Origin: an uncultured archaeon
GTDB taxonomy: Archaea > Aenigmatarchaeota > Aenigmatarchaeia > QMZP01
Reading direction: 5' to 3'
Length of the DNA: 64,000 bases
Assembly: GCA_964498245.1 (NCBI GenBank)
Contig: CAZCGK010000006.1
Span: 944-64,943 of the forward strand
Part shown: in pieces, positions 47,428-57,633 of the stretch
Numbering within the stretch: the stretch's first letter is position 1
Layout: every line of letters starts with the position of its first letter
The notes under the pieces: model-generated
The model's database searches: none
The model's input: only the letters and a program-made list of their open reading frames with translations
What the model was told of the DNA's origin: nothing
Made by a program: the position numbers and the translations under genes

Positions 47428-47888
47428 AAAAGAGTGAAATTGAATCTGAATTTTTTCCCGATGATATTCTCCACATCCATTCCAAAATATTTTTCCTTTT
47501 CCCAAGAGTTTATTCCCAGTAATTCAAGAGTTTTCTTTTCTAAGTTATAACCGCTTTCATTTCCAAAAAGTTCTATAATTTTATCTACCTTGTTCTTAAG
47601 CCTTTCATTCAGGTTTACTTTGATGTCGTGCTTCAGTTTTATGGGAAAACCATCAATAATTTTACCCTCTTTCACAAGTTCATTATAACATTGAAAAACT
47701 TCAAAGCTGAATACACCATGATGGTAAATTAGAAATCTGTTTCCTAAGGTCTTTTCTTTAGAAAGAGCTTTACTTACAGGATCGAAATGCTCTATGAGAA
47801 ACATAAGTTTGACTAATTTTTTTCTACCTTCTATCTTATCCTTCAAGGTCTTAATCAGATACAGTATAACTTTTTTAGTTGTTTTCAT
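47424..47888 (-). CDS. Winged-helix protein, Panacea/DUF4065 (SocA)-like
   Basis: KKLVKLMFL ... F.IYHHGVFSFEV....ELV..G resembles the KLQKLLY...YGP pattern of this family. Confidence 0.5.
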   Translation of the reverse strand: MKTTKKVILYLIKTLKDKIEGRKKLVKLMFLIEHFDPVSKALSKEKTLGNRFLIYHHGVFSFEVFQCYNELVKEGKIIDGFPIKLKHDIKVNLNERLKNKVDKIIELFGNESGYNLEKKTLELLGINSWEKEKYFGMDVENIIGKKFRFNFTLF

Positions 47889-47904
47889 GTTTTTTTCTTT
47901 CTCT

Positions 47905-48645
47905 CTAAATCTTTTTAATATTATCTACGAGTTTGCTTATAAAGCTTCTAAAAGAAAATGCTGGACTGTAGTTTTTTGTTATATAATGACAGATAACTTT
48001 TATTTTTCTTGAAATTTCCTTTTCAATATAGTCCTCTACAAAGTAATAACCTTTGATTAATTGAGACATTCTTTGATAATTACCGTCTCCTTTCCATGAT
48101 GGAAATATTAAACAGATGATAACCTTTTCTGCTTCTCTATTATTCTTAATCTTTTCTATTGTTTCTTTAACAACATTTCTAAAGTTATTACCAGAAATAA
48201 TACGTTTGATTTCAATAAAAACTTTTTCCTGTCCTTTTCTGCATATAATATCAGGATATAGTTCCTTTCTCGTTACGCCTGATTTTTGAACAGCGATCTT
48301 TCTTTCTTCCAGCTCACATGCTATTAAAAACTTGCACAACATGTCCGTATATACACACTCTTTGAAGAAATAATCTTTTCGAGGTTCATTTTTGTACTGT
48401 CCTCTTAAATACTTTTTCCAGAATTCCTTACTCACGGATTTCAGAGTTTTGTAAATATTTTCCTGTAATTCTTTCATGAACTTTTCTATATTCATTGTCT
48501 TTGTGAACACCTCCTCCCAGCTTGATGGATCAAACAAAGAGTAATAGAAAAGTTTGTGTTTGTCTTTTTCTGAAGATATATTCCTGAACACTAAGTTTCT
48601 GAACTCGGTATATTTTACTTTTTTAGGAGCTTTGAATGATTTCAT
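47905..48645 (-). CDS. Hypothetical protein with PD-(D/E)XK nuclease-like C-terminal domain
   Basis: LYPDIICRKGQEKVFIEIKRI; AT-rich gene. Confidence 0.55.
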   Translation of the reverse strand: MKSFKAPKKVKYTEFRNLVFRNISSEKDKHKLFYYSLFDPSSWEEVFTKTMNIEKFMKELQENIYKTLKSVSKEFWKKYLRGQYKNEPRKDYFFKECVYTDMLCKFLIACELEERKIAVQKSGVTRKELYPDIICRKGQEKVFIEIKRIISGNNFRNVVKETIEKIKNNREAEKVIICLIFPSWKGDGNYQRMSQLIKGYYFVEDYIEKEISRKIKVICHYITKNYSPAFSFRSFISKLVDNIKKI

Positions 48646-48759
48646 GAAAAAGTTTTTCAAACATTTTCCTAAAAAATATTAGGTTAATGGTTATCCGTAT
48701 ATTATAATGAAAAAATAAAAGTTATTGATTAAATATTCTCTGATATTATAAAACAAAGG

Positions 48760-50226
48760 GTGATTCGTATTTCCGGGAAATTCTTCATAACCACACCGAT
48801 ATTCTATGTGAACGATGTTCCGCATATAGGACATGCATATACCTGTATAGTAGCGGATACCATTGCAAGATGGCACAGACTGAGGGGAGAGGAGGTTTAT
48901 TTTCTCACAGGAACCGATGAAAATTCGGTTAAAACGGTTCAGGGAGCAAAAAAACACGGTTATGCTGATATAAAGAAATACACCGATGTGATGGCTGAAA
49001 GGTGGAAGGAGACGTGGAAGATTCTGGGCATTTCATACGATGATTTTATAAGAACAACCGAGGAAAGGCACAGGAAAACCGTGGAGAGGTTTTTCCTTAA
49101 GGTTTACCAGAAAGGAGATATTTATAAAGGCAGATACGAAGGCCTTTATTGCGAGGGTTGCGAAACATATTTAACGGAAAGCGAACTTGAAAATGGTTTG
49201 TGCCCTGTGCATAAGAAACCTCCCAAAAGAATTGTGGAAGAAAACTATTTCTTTAAACTTTCCAGATATGAAAAGAAACTTCTGGAGTATATAGAGAAGA
49301 ATCCGGATTTCGTACAGCCTGAAACCAGGAGAAATGAGGTTATAAGTTTTATCAAATCCGGCCTCAGGGATATAAGCATATCCCGTCCAGGGCTTGAGTG
49401 GGGAATCAGGCTTCCTATAGATAAAAATCATGTTTTCTGGGTATGGTTCGATGCTCTTGTGAATTACATATCCGCTGATGAGAGAAGGTGGCCTGCGGAC
49501 CTGCATTTGATGGCTAAGGATATTCTGAGGTTTCATGCTGTGATATGGCCTGCGATGCTCATGAGTGCCGGATATCCCTTACCGAAAAAAATATTTGCGC
49601 ACGGATTTTTTACAGTAGAAGGGGAAAAAATGAGCAAGTCTCTGGGAAATATTGTAGACCCCCTAGAGCTTGTGAAAAAATATCCTTTGGATGCGATCAG
49701 ATATTATCTTCTCAGGGAGGTTCCTCTGGGAGAAGATGGGGATTTTTCTGAGGAAGCCCTGAAAGAAAGGCTTAACAATGAGCTTGCAAATGATCTGGGA
49801 AACCTTCTGAGCAGGGTTCTGGTTATGATTGAAAAGTTCTTCGGTGGAAAGATTCCTGAAGGTAAGCCGGATGAAAAACTTTCTGCAGAGCTTGACCTGG
49901 AGAGAATAGAAAAGCTGATGGAAAGGCTTGAACTCCATCACGCTCTGGATGAAATATGGGAGTTCATACGTGCATGCAACAGGTACATAAATGAAAAAAA
50001 ACCGTGGGAGCTCGAAGGTGATGAAAGAAAAAATGTGATATATACCCTTGCGGATTCCATGAGAATTATATCCATTCTGATAAATCCGTTTATGCCAGAG
50101 ACTTCTCTAAAAATTTCAAAACAGCTGGGAATTAAACCCGGAACATGGGATGAGACAAGACCGGGTCTTATCAAGGCCGGAATGGAAATAAGGAAAGGAG
50201 ATTACCTTTTCAAAAAGATAAAATAA
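48760..50226 (+). CDS. metG: Methionine--tRNA ligase (short, MetRS1-type)
   Basis: [31 protein letters not shown]...CPVH, VWFDAL, KDILRFH, KMSKS; no C-terminal tRNA-binding domain. Confidence 0.96.
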   Translation: MIRISGKFFITTPIFYVNDVPHIGHAYTCIVADTIARWHRLRGEEVYFLTGTDENSVKTVQGAKKHGYADIKKYTDVMAERWKETWKILGISYDDFIRTTEERHRKTVERFFLKVYQKGDIYKGRYEGLYCEGCETYLTESELENGLCPVHKKPPKRIVEENYFFKLSRYEKKLLEYIEKNPDFVQPETRRNEVISFIKSGLRDISISRPGLEWGIRLPIDKNHVFWVWFDALVNYISADERRWPADLHLMAKDILRFHAVIWPAMLMSAGYPLPKKIFAHGFFTVEGEKMSKSLGNIVDPLELVKKYPLDAIRYYLLREVPLGEDGDFSEEALKERLNNELANDLGNLLSRVLVMIEKFFGGKIPEGKPDEKLSAELDLERIEKLMERLELHHALDEIWEFIRACNRYINEKKPWELEGDERKNVIYTLADSMRIISILINPFMPETSLKISKQLGIKPGTWDETRPGLIKAGMEIRKGDYLFKKIK

Positions 50227-50237
50227 AGGGAGAATTC

Positions 50238-51518
50238 ATGCAGGAGAGCACTGCATTTATCTGCTATTACACCAAACATAACAGGAACGGTTTTAATGCA
50301 CTAATAGGGGCTTTAGAAACAAAGGATTGTTTTCAGGATGTAAAGCTCTATATTTTTAGAAAGGAAGGGAATTTATTCTCATCTCTTGATAGTATTGTTA
50401 AACGACATTCCAAAGTGATTATCGGCTTTTCCTTTTTCACAACACAGCTGTGGAAGATTTATCCTGTGATAAAGAAATTGAAACAGAAATATGGAAAAAG
50501 GATTCTTTGCATTGCTGGAGGACCGCATCCCACGGGAGATCCCCTGGGCACGCTTAGAATGGGATTTGATATTGTGGTGAGAGGTGAAGGTGAGGAAACA
50601 TTTATTGAGCTTCTGAGAAGGCTTGAGGAAAACGAGGATTATGAGGATGTAAAGGGAATTGTCTTTATGGCTGAGGAAGGGTATCATTTTTCAGGCTGGA
50701 GAAAACCTGTTGATCTCAATTCTTATCCACCGTTTGCTGTTGAGCATAGTCTGTTTGGTCCGATAGAGATAACCAGAGGTTGTCCCTTTGCCTGTTATTT
50801 CTGTCAAACTCCTCGCATTTTTGGTACGAAACCAAGACACAGAACCGTTGAGAATATCTGCAAATACGTAAAGATTATGAAGGGGAAAAACAGAACAGAT
50901 ATAAGATTTGTTGCACCTAACGCATTTTCTTACGGTTCTCCTGATGGCAAAGAAGTGAACATTCAGGCTTTGGAAGAACTTCTGGAAAGCTTGAGGCAGA
51001 TTTTGGGCAGGAGTGGAAGGATATTTTTTGGATCGTTTCCCTCTGAGGTCAGACCAGAACATGTAACAGAGGAAACTTTGGATTTGGTTATGAAATACGC
51101 GAATAATGATAATTTAATTATAGGGGCCCAGTCCGGTAGCCAGAGAATTCTGGATATGTGCCACAGACAGCATAGTGTTGAGGATGTGTACAATGCTGTA
51201 AGGCTTACCAGGAAGGCAGGATTAAGAGCAAATGTTGATTTTATTTTCGGATTGCCCGGAGAAACCGAGAAGGATGTAGAGATTACACTAAAGGTTATCA
51301 AGGATTTGGTAAAAATGGGTGCGAAAATACACGTGCATGCCTTCATGCCTCTACCACAGACTCCCTTTGCAAAGGAAAGTTTCAAACCTTTGGATAAGGA
51401 GTTGATCAGAAAAATAAGCAGGATGATATCCCAGGGCTTTGCATACGGAGCATGGATGGAGCAGATCAACATTGCAAGGAAAATCGCAGAATATTTAAAA
51501 ACAGGTGTATTAAAATGA
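50238..51518 (+). CDS. B12-binding-domain radical SAM protein (TIGR04013-like)
   Basis: [26 protein letters not shown] (CxxxCxxC), [15 protein letters not shown]. Confidence 0.88.
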   Translation: MQESTAFICYYTKHNRNGFNALIGALETKDCFQDVKLYIFRKEGNLFSSLDSIVKRHSKVIIGFSFFTTQLWKIYPVIKKLKQKYGKRILCIAGGPHPTGDPLGTLRMGFDIVVRGEGEETFIELLRRLEENEDYEDVKGIVFMAEEGYHFSGWRKPVDLNSYPPFAVEHSLFGPIEITRGCPFACYFCQTPRIFGTKPRHRTVENICKYVKIMKGKNRTDIRFVAPNAFSYGSPDGKEVNIQALEELLESLRQILGRSGRIFFGSFPSEVRPEHVTEETLDLVMKYANNDNLIIGAQSGSQRILDMCHRQHSVEDVYNAVRLTRKAGLRANVDFIFGLPGETEKDVEITLKVIKDLVKMGAKIHVHAFMPLPQTPFAKESFKPLDKELIRKISRMISQGFAYGAWMEQINIARKIAEYLKTGVLK

Positions 51519-51574
51519 TAGTTTTTAAAAAGGATTTTCGTTCATAAATAAACCAAATTAAACATGGTGGGAAA

Positions 51575-52792
51575 ATGAGTGATGAGGAAAAGCTCGGAGG
51601 TAAAAACCTGAAGGCTGTAGTGGAGGAACTTGAAAGCATTAGAGGTAGGCATACAGAGCTTGTGACTGTTTATATTCCTAAGGGCTATAATCTTAATAAA
51701 GTTGTGGAGCAGATAAGATCAGAACAGGGAACAGCACAGAACATAAAATCAAAAACTGTTAGAAAAAATGTGGTCGGTGCGCTTGAGAAAATCCTCCAGC
51801 ATTTAAGGCTTTACAAGGAAACCCCGGAAAACGGTCTGGCCATCTTCTGCGGAAATGTATCTGAAAAGGAGGGTGTGTCTGATATAGAACTCTGGGCCAT
51901 AGAACCGAAAGAACCGATAAAAACAAAGCTTTACTGGTGCGGACAGGAGTTTATTCTGGATCCATTGAAGGAAATGGTAAGGGAAAGAGAGGTTTACGGG
52001 CTTATTCTGTTTGATAAATCCGAAGCAACCATAGGCATACTCCGTGGAAAGTACATAGAAACCTTAAAGCACCTGCACTCCCTCGTTCCGGGAAAGACAA
52101 AAGCAGGTGGCTGGTCCCAGGCAAGATATGCAAGGATAAGAGAGGGTCTTCTTCACGATTTCATGAAAAAGACCGGAAGTATTGCAACGGAAATTTTTTC
52201 ACAGGAAAAAGATTTGAAGGGCATAATAATAGGCGGCCCAGGGCCTACTAAAGAGGAGTTTGCTAAGGGAGATTTTCTGAGATATGACCTCAAAAAGAAG
52301 GTTATCGGTATAGTAAACACATCTTACACAGGGGAATATGGTTTGAGGGAAATGGTTAACCGAGCTGAAGATATAATAGCAGATGCATCTATAATCAAGG
52401 AAAAGAAAATTCTTGAGAGGTTCTTTACAGAGCTTTACAAAGATTCTGGATTTGCAGTGTATGGTTTCTTTGAAACCATAGATGCACTGAGAAATGGTAA
52501 TTTGGAATTGCTTCTTATTTCTGAAAATTTTGATTGGGTTAAGGCCAAGTTCAAATGCTCATGCGGAGAGGAATTTGAAAGAATAGTGAACAAAAAGAAA
52601 ATAGAGGATCAAAAATGTCCCAAATGCGGGGGAAAACCGGAGATTGCAGAGGAGCATGATTTAATGGAAAAAATAATGAAACTTGCAGAAGATATGGGAA
52701 CTCAGGTTGAAGTTATATCTCAGGGAATCGGCATGGGAGAACAGTTTAAAGAGCTTGGAGGGATCGGAGGGATACTGAGGTATAAGATGTAG
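51575..52792 (+). CDS. prf1: Peptide chain release factor aRF1 (atypical GGWSQ loop)
   Basis: GRHTELVTVYIP, AQNIKSK (NIKS), LYWCGQEF (YxCxxxF), GGPGPTKEEF, Zn ribbon CSCG...CPKCG, LGGIGGILRY. Confidence 0.95.
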   Translation: MSDEEKLGGKNLKAVVEELESIRGRHTELVTVYIPKGYNLNKVVEQIRSEQGTAQNIKSKTVRKNVVGALEKILQHLRLYKETPENGLAIFCGNVSEKEGVSDIELWAIEPKEPIKTKLYWCGQEFILDPLKEMVREREVYGLILFDKSEATIGILRGKYIETLKHLHSLVPGKTKAGGWSQARYARIREGLLHDFMKKTGSIATEIFSQEKDLKGIIIGGPGPTKEEFAKGDFLRYDLKKKVIGIVNTSYTGEYGLREMVNRAEDIIADASIIKEKKILERFFTELYKDSGFAVYGFFETIDALRNGNLELLLISENFDWVKAKFKCSCGEEFERIVNKKKIEDQKCPKCGGKPEIAEEHDLMEKIMKLAEDMGTQVEVISQGIGMGEQFKELGGIGGILRYKM

Positions 52793-52841
52793 TGGGTGTT
52801 TGAAGAATTAATTTATTCAAATTGATACAAAATTTAAAGGG

Positions 52842-53360
52842 ATGTCCAAAACCCAGTTTGAAGAGGATTTTGGAATTGATCTTTCTTCACCGAATCTTGA
52901 TATAGTTAAAGCTGTAGAAGTTGCGATAGAGATAGAAAAGATGGGAAAGCAATTCTATGAATATTATGCTGAAAAGGCAGACCCGGAAGCGAGGATGTTT
53001 CTGGAGTTTCTTGCAAAAGAGAAAGAAAAACATATTGAAATTCTTAAAGAACTCAGAGCTTCCCTCAAACTTAGAAATGCATGGATAGAGCTTAAGCAGG
53101 ATAGAGAAATAGAGGGTATGCTTGAGAACCTTCAGGTGTTTAAGGAAAAACTGGAAATAAAGGTGGAAAGCGTGGATATGATAATGAAATGCATAGAGAA
53201 TGAAAAGAAAACCAGGGAGTTTTATGAAAGGCTTGCGGAAAATGTGAAGAGTGAAGAGGGAAGAAAATTCTTTCAAGCCCTTGCAAAATGGGAAGATTCA
53301 CACTACAAACTCCTCGGCAGGATTTTGAAAGCTTCCACGAGTTTCAGTATGGAGATGTGA
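52842..53360 (+). CDS. Ferritin-like/rubrerythrin-family protein
   Basis: AIEIE..G..FY ... LA..E..H repeated twice (four-helix bundle pattern). Confidence 0.88.
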   Translation: MSKTQFEEDFGIDLSSPNLDIVKAVEVAIEIEKMGKQFYEYYAEKADPEARMFLEFLAKEKEKHIEILKELRASLKLRNAWIELKQDREIEGMLENLQVFKEKLEIKVESVDMIMKCIENEKKTREFYERLAENVKSEEGRKFFQALAKWEDSHYKLLGRILKASTSFSMEM

Positions 53361-53642
53361 TTATACAAATACAGTGGTGTTGTCAAATTCTATCAATGGT
53401 TTATTCTTAATCCTTTTGAATCTTCTTTCACACTTCTTACATAACGTTGCTATCTCTATTTCAACATCCGTTTCAGAAGAAAGTTTTTTGAAATATTTTT
53501 TGAGAAATATAAAATTCTGGAAATCTATATCACCGATATATACACTTTTATGCAACCTTACAAAACCGTTATTTCTTAAAAAATTTCTTATTTTTTCCCT
53601 TTTTCTATCATCACTTATATCATAGCTTGTTATTGCAAGCAT
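53361..53642 (-). CDS. cas2: CRISPR-associated endonuclease Cas2
   Basis: SYDISDDRKR...GFVRLHKSVYIG; GGTGA SD before ATG at 53642. Confidence 0.93.
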   Translation of the reverse strand: MLAITSYDISDDRKREKIRNFLRNNGFVRLHKSVYIGDIDFQNFIFLKKYFKKLSSETDVEIEIATLCKKCERRFKRIKNKPLIEFDNTTVFV

Positions 53643-54591
53643 TGCTTTCACCAAACGGTACAAATTCGCTTCTATCGAGAATGTAATCAACCCAGTGATT
53701 AATTCTTTTCTTTATTAATGATTTTGTTTTATCCAGCTTGTTAAGAACATTTTCTATAACAATTTTTCTACCCTTTTCGTTAAGATACATACCTCCGTGT
53801 TTTTTCGGATTCAATATTTTTTTAAACACAAGCCTTAGGATAGTCGAATCTACAATTGGTTGCCTGAATTCTTCCATAAAATCCAACACAAGACACGGTT
53901 TCCTGCCTTTTTCTTCATGGTAAAAACCTATGTAAGGATCAAACCCTTTCATTACAAGATATTTCCATAGTTCAGAAAAAAGAATACCATATCCATAACT
54001 CAGAGAAGCATTAACTATATCTTGAGGTGGACGTGTTCTCCCATTAAAACGAAAGAATTTTGGAATTATTTTTCTGAGAGACTCAAAATATAATTTTGCA
54101 GAAATGCCTTCTATGCCTCTTAATTCTTCTATAGATTGTTTTTGATAAATTTTTGACAACCAAGTTTCAAGCTGTCCAGCATATTTCATTAAAAGATTAC
54201 ATTTTTCTTTACTCGTTCTTTTTCTTGAGTATGCAAGTGATTTTATAATACCGATTTTATTTTTTATGCATGCATGAACAATACCTTGAATTATGTCAAT
54301 GTTTTTTTCTATAGACTTTTTATATTGCATTTTTCTTAATATGGGAAAATTTTCATTTGTTATGTAATATAATTTTGCAACAGGCATACCGAATCTGTCC
54401 ATGAATGTAAGATCTTTTTTAGAATTGACTATAAGAGCTATTGCAGAAGAACTTATGCCGCAGCTTTTATATAATATTATTCTTTCAATGTTGGTTATAG
54501 AATATTCTTCACTTTTTTCATCCGTATATAGAACCAACCTGCCCTGTTTTTTACCGATAAATGTGCCGTGTTTATCTATTATTATATTCAT
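53620..54591 (-). CDS. cas1: CRISPR-associated endonuclease Cas1
   Basis: LRGIEG..AKLYF, R.RPPQD.VNA.LSYGY, DPYIGFYH, LVLDFMEEFRQPIVD. Confidence 0.96.
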   Translation of the reverse strand: MNIIIDKHGTFIGKKQGRLVLYTDEKSEEYSITNIERIILYKSCGISSSAIALIVNSKKDLTFMDRFGMPVAKLYYITNENFPILRKMQYKKSIEKNIDIIQGIVHACIKNKIGIIKSLAYSRKRTSKEKCNLLMKYAGQLETWLSKIYQKQSIEELRGIEGISAKLYFESLRKIIPKFFRFNGRTRPPQDIVNASLSYGYGILFSELWKYLVMKGFDPYIGFYHEEKGRKPCLVLDFMEEFRQPIVDSTILRLVFKKILNPKKHGGMYLNEKGRKIVIENVLNKLDKTKSLIKKRINHWVDYILDRSEFVPFGESNACNNKL

Positions 54592-55483
54592 TGTGTTCAC
54601 CTTTGCAGAATGAATTGAAACAACATGAATTGCATAATAACGTTTTCTTTCCCTGAGGGAAAACGCGCCTTAGATAGTATGAAATACATTTATCTCTCAG
54701 GTCTTTTGCATATTTTCTTAATTCATCGTCTATTTTGAAGGAATATGCTTTATTAGCATCTAAATAATATATTGTACCCTTGTTACAATTTTTATGAAAA
54801 ATTCTTTCAAGAGCAATAGAATAGAATACCACCTGTAATTTATCCGTGAACCATGGTTCATTTTTTGGAGAATTGCCTGTTTTTATTTCTTCTACTGTAA
54901 AGGTGTTATTTTTCTGAAAAATTATATCTATTCTGCCAGACACGGCTATATCTTTACTCGAAAAATAATATTCTTTCGCAAACGGGAGTATGATTTTCTT
55001 TATTTCATTTATTGTGGTCTTGTTAAAGAGCATAAATTCTATTCTTTCTCTATCTCTGACCCACCTTTTCAAAACAGAATTATTAATTTTTTCAACAATA
55101 TCCTTTGGAATATTTTGCTCTGTACATATTTCTGATATTTTATTTTGCCATAGAAACATGAAATTGTTTAAAGATCTAGTATAATTAAGCGATTCTATCA
55201 AATCCTCAAGAAGTTCATAATAATCTTTGATTAGAATCCTATGTTTTATCAAGCCAATCGACATGTTGAATGATTTTTCCGATTTACCTTCGATAGCAGA
55301 ATAATAAAATTTTCGTGGACAAATGTAAAAAGATATGTACGACCTTACGGGTAAAATTATATTTTTGTCTGTATTCCAATACTCAGAATATCCTCTGAAT
55401 TTATCAGAAATAGAGGAGGCGCCTCCTGAGTTTATCTGCTTCATCTTGCGCATCAGCCAACTATCCTTACTAGAACAAGTCAA
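54572..55483 (-). CDS. cas4: Cas4 family exonuclease (long, Csa1/Cas4a-like)
   Basis: CPRKFY, SGRIDII, VEEIKTG, QVVFY, C-terminal CNSCCFNSFC Fe-S ligands; strong SD AAGGAGGTGA before TTG at 55483. Confidence 0.9.
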   Translation of the reverse strand: MTCSSKDSWLMRKMKQINSGGASSISDKFRGYSEYWNTDKNIILPVRSYISFYICPRKFYYSAIEGKSEKSFNMSIGLIKHRILIKDYYELLEDLIESLNYTRSLNNFMFLWQNKISEICTEQNIPKDIVEKINNSVLKRWVRDRERIEFMLFNKTTINEIKKIILPFAKEYYFSSKDIAVSGRIDIIFQKNNTFTVEEIKTGNSPKNEPWFTDKLQVVFYSIALERIFHKNCNKGTIYYLDANKAYSFKIDDELRKYAKDLRDKCISYYLRRVFPQGKKTLLCNSCCFNSFCKGEHNEYNNR

Positions 55484-55648
55484 ATTATCACCTCCTTATT
55501 CTTAATGAGAAATAGTTTGAATCAAATAGCAAATACTTTACATGAACGGTTCAAATTTTATTGAACACATAGAAAATTTTTATATTGTTCAATTATTTGT
55601 TTAACCATAAGCCAAATATTTATAAGTTTTAATTTGTTTTTCATTCTT
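55484..55648. promoter_or_regulatory. Divergent cas promoter region with repeated TGAAC/GTTCA palindromic half-sites
   Basis: TGAAC-G-GTTCA at 55543-55553; ATTGAACA (55560-55567) / TGTTCAAT (55586-55593) flank a TTTTTATA box; TTTGA-A-TCAAA at 55516-55526. Confidence 0.55.
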
Positions 55649-56875
55649 ATGGGAAAAGTTCTGGTAATGAGTGTCGGTGTTGGTGGAAACAACAAAGAAA
55701 GCCTTGCAAACGCTTTGAAATATTCCATCCAACACCACAATCCGGAAAAAGTAATATTTCTTGTTTCTGAGCAGAGTAAGAATGAAGTATTACCGCTTAT
55801 AGTTGAGGATATGGATTCTGAGTATGAAACTATAGATGTGTCCGATATAAACGACATAGATAAATTATATGAAAAATTTGTAACTATATTTTCTCTGTTG
55901 TTGAAAAGAGGATATAAACATAAAGATATAGTTGTAGATTTCACAAGTGGCACAAAAGCCATGAGTGCTGCCCTTGCAATTGCAAGTATATCTATGGAAA
56001 TAGAAAATCTTAGTTATATAATGGGCGATAGAAAGGATGGTACTGTTATATCTGGTAGGGAGAGAATTCTGCCATTAAGACCTTATAGTATATTAATTGA
56101 TAACCAGCTAAAGATAATCGATACTTTGTTTTCATTCTACAGGTTTGATGCATGTATAGATATAATCAATACATTAAAACGGAAAACCAATGCTGATGAT
56201 ATACAAAGCATTCTTAATAAATATGAAAACATTTGTTTGGCCTATTCTTTGTGGGATAAGTTCGACCACAGTTCTGCACAAGAGAAATTAAAAGATGTAA
56301 AGAATATTTTGCGCAAAAATTATGGATTTTTAGGCAGACTTAATGCTTTAAAGAAAAATGAGGAAAATGATGTTTTCGAATATCTGATAGCAGATCTGAT
56401 AAACAATGCTAAGAGAAGAGGAAAGGAAGGAAGATATGATGATGCTGTTGCCAGATTGTATAGAGCAGTTGAGATGGTTGCTCAGTACAGACTTAAATCT
56501 CTGGGATTTGATACCTCTGATATAGATATGAGAAAAATACCAGAAAAACATAAAGAGAAATACAATCAACTCAAAGATAAAAAAACGGGTAAGATAAAGC
56601 TACCTCTTTATAAAAGCTATGAATTGTTATCCGATATTGACGATGAAATTGGTAAAAAGTTTTATGAAAACGAAGAGCTCCAGAAATATTTAAGAGTCAG
56701 AAACGACTCGGTTTTAGCTCATGGAATAACACCTATTACGCAAGAATTATACGAAAAGTTATTGAAAGCCACTATAGATTTTATAAAAGATGTTTTCCCA
56801 GATATTGAAAATCTCATGAGAATCTCTGAATTTCCCAGTTCAATACCCATTGAACGGTACAAAAAAGAGATTTAG
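55649..56875 (+). CDS. csm6: CARF-HEPN ribonuclease (Csm6 / TIGR02710-like)
   Basis: SVGVG strand; VDFTSGTKAMSAAL CARF motif; GRYDDAVARLYRAVEM; HEPN RNDSVLAH. Confidence 0.88.
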   Translation: MGKVLVMSVGVGGNNKESLANALKYSIQHHNPEKVIFLVSEQSKNEVLPLIVEDMDSEYETIDVSDINDIDKLYEKFVTIFSLLLKRGYKHKDIVVDFTSGTKAMSAALAIASISMEIENLSYIMGDRKDGTVISGRERILPLRPYSILIDNQLKIIDTLFSFYRFDACIDIINTLKRKTNADDIQSILNKYENICLAYSLWDKFDHSSAQEKLKDVKNILRKNYGFLGRLNALKKNEENDVFEYLIADLINNAKRRGKEGRYDDAVARLYRAVEMVAQYRLKSLGFDTSDIDMRKIPEKHKEKYNQLKDKKTGKIKLPLYKSYELLSDIDDEIGKKFYENEELQKYLRVRNDSVLAHGITPITQELYEKLLKATIDFIKDVFPDIENLMRISEFPSSIPIERYKKEI

Positions 56876-56898
56876 GAATAGAATTAAAAAAGCATGAT

Positions 56899-57633
56899 AT
56901 GATGAACACCCAACAAATCTTCCAGATAGCAACTCTGGGTGAACAACCAGAACCAATAATATATTTGTTGAAGGCATATCCAAATACAAAAAAGATTTTT
57001 CTTATTTGTAGTGATAAGTCTGTGGATTATTCCGAACCGATAGAAAAAACATGCGATATTCTCGATATTGATGTGGATAAAAGAATAATTCAACCGCAAA
57101 AAATTTCCAACATCATAAAGGAAATTATAATTATCGCAAAGGAATGCGGTTATTCTCCACCGGTTTTCTATGGCATTAGAAGCAAAAAACCTCATAAAAT
57201 AATAAAAGAAGCCAAAGCAAAGAAAAGAGAAAATGCTAACATCTTCATCAATATAACTGGTGGAACAAAGGTTATGAGTTCTGCCGCTTTATATTCTGCG
57301 TATCTTATAGGCGCGAAAGCGTTTTATGTATGGAAAAATGATGATAATGGTGATATGGAAATAATAAATCTACCTACATTGAATTTATCGATAGAAAATT
57401 TTCTTTCACCAGTGCGTCTTAAGATACTTGGTGTTCTTTATGAAAAACAAAAGGTAAAGTCTTCCGAGGAGATAAGAAAGGACACGGAAATCCAAAAATC
57501 TACCATCAGCCATATTATAAGAGAACTGGAAAAAATAAACCTTGTAAAAACAACAGGAGGACGAAGTAAATATCTTCAGACAGAAATAACAGAAGAGGGT
57601 AGATTGATATATGAAATTTACGGAAAGAGGTGA
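56899..57633 (+). CDS. CARF + winged HTH protein (Csa3-like regulator)
   Basis: INITGGTKVMSS CARF motif; C-terminal LKIL...STISHIIRELEKINLV...ITEEG wHTH. Confidence 0.82.
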   Translation: MMNTQQIFQIATLGEQPEPIIYLLKAYPNTKKIFLICSDKSVDYSEPIEKTCDILDIDVDKRIIQPQKISNIIKEIIIIAKECGYSPPVFYGIRSKKPHKIIKEAKAKKRENANIFINITGGTKVMSSAALYSAYLIGAKAFYVWKNDDNGDMEIINLPTLNLSIENFLSPVRLKILGVLYEKQKVKSSEEIRKDTEIQKSTISHIIRELEKINLVKTTGGRSKYLQTEITEEGRLIYEIYGKR

